From Amphiscolops sp. MND2022 (lineage: Eukaryota): 64,000 bases of DNA. The stretch lies in assembly GCA_964187785.1 (NCBI GenBank), contig OZ076409.1:23872001-23936000 (forward strand). Direction: 5' to 3'. Below the pieces are notes generated by a model that was given only the letters and a program-made list of their open reading frames with translations, had not been told where the DNA came from and ran no database searches. Each line of letters starts with the position of its first letter. The first letter of the stretch is position 1. Both the position numbers and the translations under genes were made by a program. Below are positions 61,139 to 64,000 of this stretch, one piece after another.

Positions 61139-62574
61139 ATGTCTACAACTAGAAGCCAGAAAAGAAGGAATGAGCAACAAGGCGACAAGGACGTAAGTGA
61201 AGGTTTTATTTCACCGATAGTGGTAGAAAATCCGCGTTCTTCAAACCAGGACGTAGACGTGTCGGGTCCTTCCAGACCAAAATCTCCTCGAATTGAAAAT
61301 AGTTTCTTGGAGAGTTTAAGGGCATCCTTGAAAGATGAGATAACATCAGAAATTAAGACTCTTCTTGCCGAATCCCAGAGAGAGATGTTGAAACTACTAA
61401 AACCTGAAACAAGGGGAAGCATCAGGGAGAATACTGAGGAAGAAGTAGAAGAGGAGACTAGAAATTTTTATACCCCTACAAAGTCAGTGAGAATAAGTTC
61501 AACTCAAAACGACTCGATAGCATGTCGTAACATGGTGACAGGAGTTTTAACCGACTCCACTAACCAGCCAAAAAGAACGAAGGCCGGTCCCAAAGTCAGC
61601 CAACGTCAAAAGAACGTCCAGTTGTGGCAAGGACCCTGTTTACATCGGAAAAAGGTGACAGCACAACGCTGCCCATGCCAAAGGCACTAACGGCATCTCT
61701 CCCAACGTTCGACGGGAAATTGGAAAAATTTGAATTATTCGAAGATCTTTTCCGCAACAACATAAAAATGTATCCCCATCTCACGGAAATACAGAAAATT
61801 AACTATTTCCACTCGCTACTCAGAGGAGACGCCCTCCAGGCGTTTTGCAATATAGAAGACACGAAAAAAGATTCCTTTGACGAAATAATGACGATATTCA
61901 AACGACGTTTCGGGGACTACCTGTCTACGGCTAAAGCTAGATGCGAATTCGATGCGCTCAGATTTGACCCCTCGAACCAGAAACTCCATGAATTTCTAGA
62001 CGTACTTCAAAAAACGGCCAAAGAAGCCTTCGGATCTGAAGCCCAACAATTCATTGACAAGGCAATATACGCAAAAATGCCAGATCATGTAAAAAAGATA
62101 CTAAACAGGGCGTATCTCGAAGACAAGCCATATAATGACATTGTGCTACACTTGGAAAGAGAAATGAGGCTTAACGGCCTTGGGGCGCCAGATGAAGTAA
62201 CACTGGTACCACTAAATAAAGTAGAACCGGCCCCAACAAAAACTGAATCCAAACAAGTCGACAGCACGACGCAAAATGTCAAAAAGGGATATTGCTTCTA
62301 CTGCAACAAATTTGGACACTACAAAGCGGAATGTAGGAAAATGAAGAGAGATAAATGAATGCAGATCAGGAAGAACAATGGTCAAACCAACTCTAGTGCA
62401 GGCAAATCGCTTAAATGCGACACATGCGGCAAACCTCACAAAATGGAAGATTGTTGGAACGGAGCCAACTCTGCCAACGATCCACGACCTAAGCGTCACA
62501 ATAACCCGGAATCAAAAAGGGACGTTCCCGTCCAACCAACGACAGCTAACTCTGTCATTGAATCAAAAAACTAA
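61139..62574 (+). pseudogene. gag: gag of the 60503 element (one frameshift at ~61585, one TGA at 62356)
   Basis: LPTFDGK..., LLRGDALQAF, two CCHC knuckles CFYCNKFGHYKAEC and CDTCGKPHKMEDC. Confidence 0.85.
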
Positions 62575-64000
62575 ATACGCCGCGCCTGCGCTTCGGGGAA
62601 ACAGTAGACGCGAGGGCGTATTTAACAAACGATCCCCCTACAATTTACACCAACGATACAACTATTGAATGCGATGGAACTCCAACAGAGGACTGGCTGA
62701 GACGTCAGGCACTCGCCTCCATACGAAGACCCCTCTTACAAACTGAAACGGATCAGACACAAGATGGGGATAATGGCGACGACCACACACAACCACCAAA
62801 CCTTCTCATCCAGCCACCCCTCACCAATACAACACAATCCACCGCAACCCAAATCGAACAAACCGAAAAGGCCCGGGACGACCAACCATCGTCAACACAG
62901 ACAAAGGAAGATACCCACGGCTCCACCCAAGTACCTATCTTCCCAGAGGATTTCCCCACATCTCTTAACTCTATCAAAGAGTATGTCACTGAAAAAGATG
63001 GAGAGACGTACTTACCACTCCACTCGACTATAGTCCTAAAGAAAAAGAGAAGAATGCTCTATTTACCACTCGAATTCGGAGAAATCACCATGGACGGACT
63101 TGTCGACTCAGGTGCGTTCATCAATGCTATGTCCTGGTCAGACTATAATGCCATCAAGATGAATACCGATAGTTGTGTCATAAAAGAATACCCACAACCT
63201 CCTTTCAAAATTGAATGCGCAAACGCACAACTAGAACAACCAATAGCCACCGCGGATATTCAGTTTAATATCGGGACATACACTTTCACAGATACCTTCG
63301 TCATCTTATCGAGAACGTCATTCCCTATCATAGGATTAAACTTCATGAGAAATCACCAAGCAGTGATCGACACTGCCAACGGGACGATCAATTTCCCGCA
63401 CGTCGAAATGACGTTAGCCATGACAGACGAAATGAAAAAATGCAACCCAAAACCGCTTCAAATAATGGCAGAAGGACATCAGACACTGCCGCCTCAACAG
63501 ACAACAACAGTAAACGCAATAGTCATAACCACAAACATGCATGACGTCACTGGTGCGGTACAACCACTACCACAATTTGATGAAACAGCAACAATCATTG
63601 TTGCACCAGCTCTGGCGACAGCCCATAACAAAAGGCTCAACATCAGAATCGCCAACCTAACGGATTTCCCTCATACAATAAAGAATCATACAAAGCTGGC
63701 AGAACTACAAATCCTCAAACCTGAGGACACGAAACAAATACGACCAGTTGACGCCGCCGCACTCAAATTGTTAGAAGATCCTTATGACACACACATGTAC
63801 ATTAACGAACTTATGAAATCAAATGAACATGAACAAAGCGATGAAAACCTCTGGTTCCCCACACCCGAGAATCCAGGGAACGAAGAAGAACATACGCCAA
63901 TCCAACGTCGGATCTTGAAGGAAATCCGTGAACTCATCCAAAAGGAAAACTTAGATCCAACCAAAGACCCAGAATCAAGACAAAAATTCCTTGACATGTT
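62565..64000 (+). CDS. pol: pro-pol ORF in the -1 frame, open to window end
   Basis: Open frame starts at the A AAA AAC heptamer; protease GLVDSGAFINAM at ~63100; absent from the supplied track because it has no stop inside the window. Confidence 0.8.

Larger units (their letters stand above)
60503..64000 (+). mobile_element. Ty3/Gypsy LTR retrotransposon (continues past window end)
   Basis: Putative 1030-bp LTR TGTTACG...CGTAACA (60503-61532) with TATA-like TATATATA at ~60984; PBS TGGTGACAGGAGT (tRNA-Leu-like); gag; -1 frameshift signal; protease LVDSGA. Confidence 0.85.

Overview
AT-rich eukaryotic (metazoan, probably invertebrate) genomic DNA with one 200-N scaffold gap (12273-12472). It contains two host genes that I reconstructed by hand from splice sites. 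The first is a 3-exon Vax homeobox gene (minus, 5725-7236). The second is a gene of at least 10 exons (plus, ~20443-57548) encoding a single-pass membrane protein with about six fibronectin type III repeats and a short polyproline tail; its 5' end was not found. Most of the rest is transposon-derived: three ordinary Ty3/Gypsy LTR elements (9385->gap, decayed; 14827-20070, complete with TSD; 60503->window end, with a coding LTR and a -1 frameshift signal), several Helentron-type non-autonomous elements, CMC/EnSpm-like MITEs, tRNA-derived SINE heads and a 284-bp spacerless palindrome. The standout is an 18,474-bp Gypsy-type provirus (31000-49473) with 269-bp LTRs differing at 2 positions and an AAAC TSD, nested in a MITE inside an intron of the FN3 gene. 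Besides an unusually large gag-pro-pol (about 600-aa N-terminal extension, Arg/Ser-rich nucleocapsid), it carries a class III (herpes gB/chuvirus G-like) envelope glycoprotein, a Ser/Thr/Pro-rich ORF with a PSAP late-domain motif directly upstream of env, and at least two further unknown ORFs. This is a complex-retrovirus-like architecture in an invertebrate Gypsy element. All family assignments come from motif recognition only; no database search was run.
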